A DNA stretch of 64,000 nt from Candidatus Saccharimonadota bacterium (GTDB lineage Bacteria > Patescibacteriota > Saccharimonadia > Saccharimonadales > 2-12-FULL-41-12): positions 12,659 through 76,658 of the forward strand of contig JALHOM010000003.1 of assembly GCA_022842995.1 (NCBI GenBank). The letters run 5' to 3'. Position numbers and translations under genes: made by a program. Of this stretch, positions 63,299 to 64,000 are shown piece by piece. Numbering within the stretch: the stretch's first letter is position 1; every line of letters starts with the position of its first letter. The notes under the pieces were generated by a model. That model was not told the DNA's origin, searched no databases, and worked only from the letters and a program-made list of their open reading frames with translations.

Positions 63299-64000
63299 TT
63301 ATTTCCTGACTGCTCTCCAGCCTGTCCACCCGAATAGACCAGCCATCATCACCCCGCTTCCAGCCGCTATACTCTGGACAACCTGAGCCGGTGTGTCGTT
63401 ATGCAGCACAATAGCCGCCGCACCCGCCAGCGCCCCAAGACCCACAAACCACATCACCCCGAAATGCCGAAGAGCAATATGATAACTAGCCAGCAGATTA
63501 GCGACCGACATCATGAAGATTGCAACACTTAGCAGCGGCAAAAGGTGTGCATAAGCATCGAACTTTGTCCCAAATAATACATGGACTACTTGGGTTGGAA
63601 ACGCCATAAAAATAATGGTTGCCGTACCGCCCAGCCCAACCGTAAGGCCCAGCGAACGCAGCAATAAACGACTGTTTTCCTTGGGCTTTTTATGAATAGC
63701 CACGGACGACAAAAGCACCACCGCGAACGACCCCGTCAAAAACAAAATTATCCTCGAGATAGTGGCAATACCGGCGTACTGCCCCGCGACCTCTGGCGTA
63801 AACAAGTACTTCACAACCAAAACGTCTGCAGTGAACTGCACTGTCGTTATGAGCGACACGAATAGTACAAGTCCTGCATATTTGGCCTGTGGCCGAAGCA
63901 CGCTCCAGTCAGGCTTAATCGCACCCTTAAACTTACTAAATCCAAGCTGCTTGGCTTTACGACTCGCATACAATAACGCAATGAATTGAGCTGCAAGTAT
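63299..64000 (-). CDS. MOP-superfamily flippase (Wzx/MurJ-like polysaccharide biosynthesis protein), C-terminal part; continues past window edge
   Basis: Six or more TM segments with the typical short basic loops. The frame stays open to position 64000, so the Met at 63973 is probably internal. Confidence 0.65.
   Translation of the reverse strand: MLAAQFIALLYASRKAKQLGFSKFKGAIKPDWSVLRPQAKYAGLVLFVSLITTVQFTADVLVVKYLFTPEVAGQYAGIATISRIILFLTGSFAVVLLSSVAIHKKPKENSRLLLRSLGLTVGLGGTATIIFMAFPTQVVHVLFGTKFDAYAHLLPLLSVAIFMMSVANLLASYHIALRHFGVMWFVGLGALAGAAAIVLHNDTPAQVVQSIAAGSGVMMAGLFGWTGWRAVRK

Noticed and set aside
62900-63386. ORFs 62900-63118 (-) and 62970-63386 (+).
   Set aside because: They overlap each other and the palindromic repeats and G-depleted tract. 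Their composition is biased (Arg/Gly- or Pro/Leu-rich) and there is no start context.

Overview
This 64-kb window comes from a streamlined bacterial genome of roughly mid-40s % GC. The gene content includes compact housekeeping genes, many orphan secreted proteins, one giant surface protein and a long glycosyltransferase operon. This pattern looks like a Patescibacteria/CPR organism, possibly Saccharibacteria-like; that is inference only. Layout: (i) 0-18.6 kb is mostly minus-strand housekeeping: pheS, an IS200/RAYT-type Y1 transposase flanked by matching hairpins, yajQ, rmuC, a ZIP transporter with divergent Fur/Zur, typA, corA, HIT, PAP2, a rearranged tRNA-Gln locus, an oxidoreductase and a cation/H+ antiporter. 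(ii) 18.6-26.5 kb holds small plus-strand modules: DsbA with a CxxC membrane partner, and a two-gene module with an Mrr-like nuclease motif. (iii) 26.8-39.1 kb is a co-directional cell-surface locus. It encodes a PKD protein, two paralogous Ser/Thr-rich secreted subunits, two paralogous membrane-anchored Ig-like proteins and a 1937-aa beta-propeller/lectin adhesin. (iv) 39.1-48.0 kb is a tandem array of nine orphan genes that share only an architectural signature, interrupted by a PepSY / ECF sigma / anti-sigma module. (v) 48-49.3 kb holds an NYN-domain gene bracketed by perfect 40-bp direct repeats, plus hairpin-rich non-coding DNA. (vi) 49.3-64 kb is a minus-strand envelope-glycan operon. 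The most unusual items are the orphan paralog array, the surface-appendage locus, the tRNA-Gln locus (two tRNA 5' portions fused to structured RNAs, an inverted-repeat-bracketed tRNA and an orphan 3' fragment), and a family of modular short-tandem-repeat elements found both between genes and in frame inside a membrane-protein gene. No CRISPR array, rRNA, integrase or reverse transcriptase was seen. All homology calls come from reading the translations; no database search was run.
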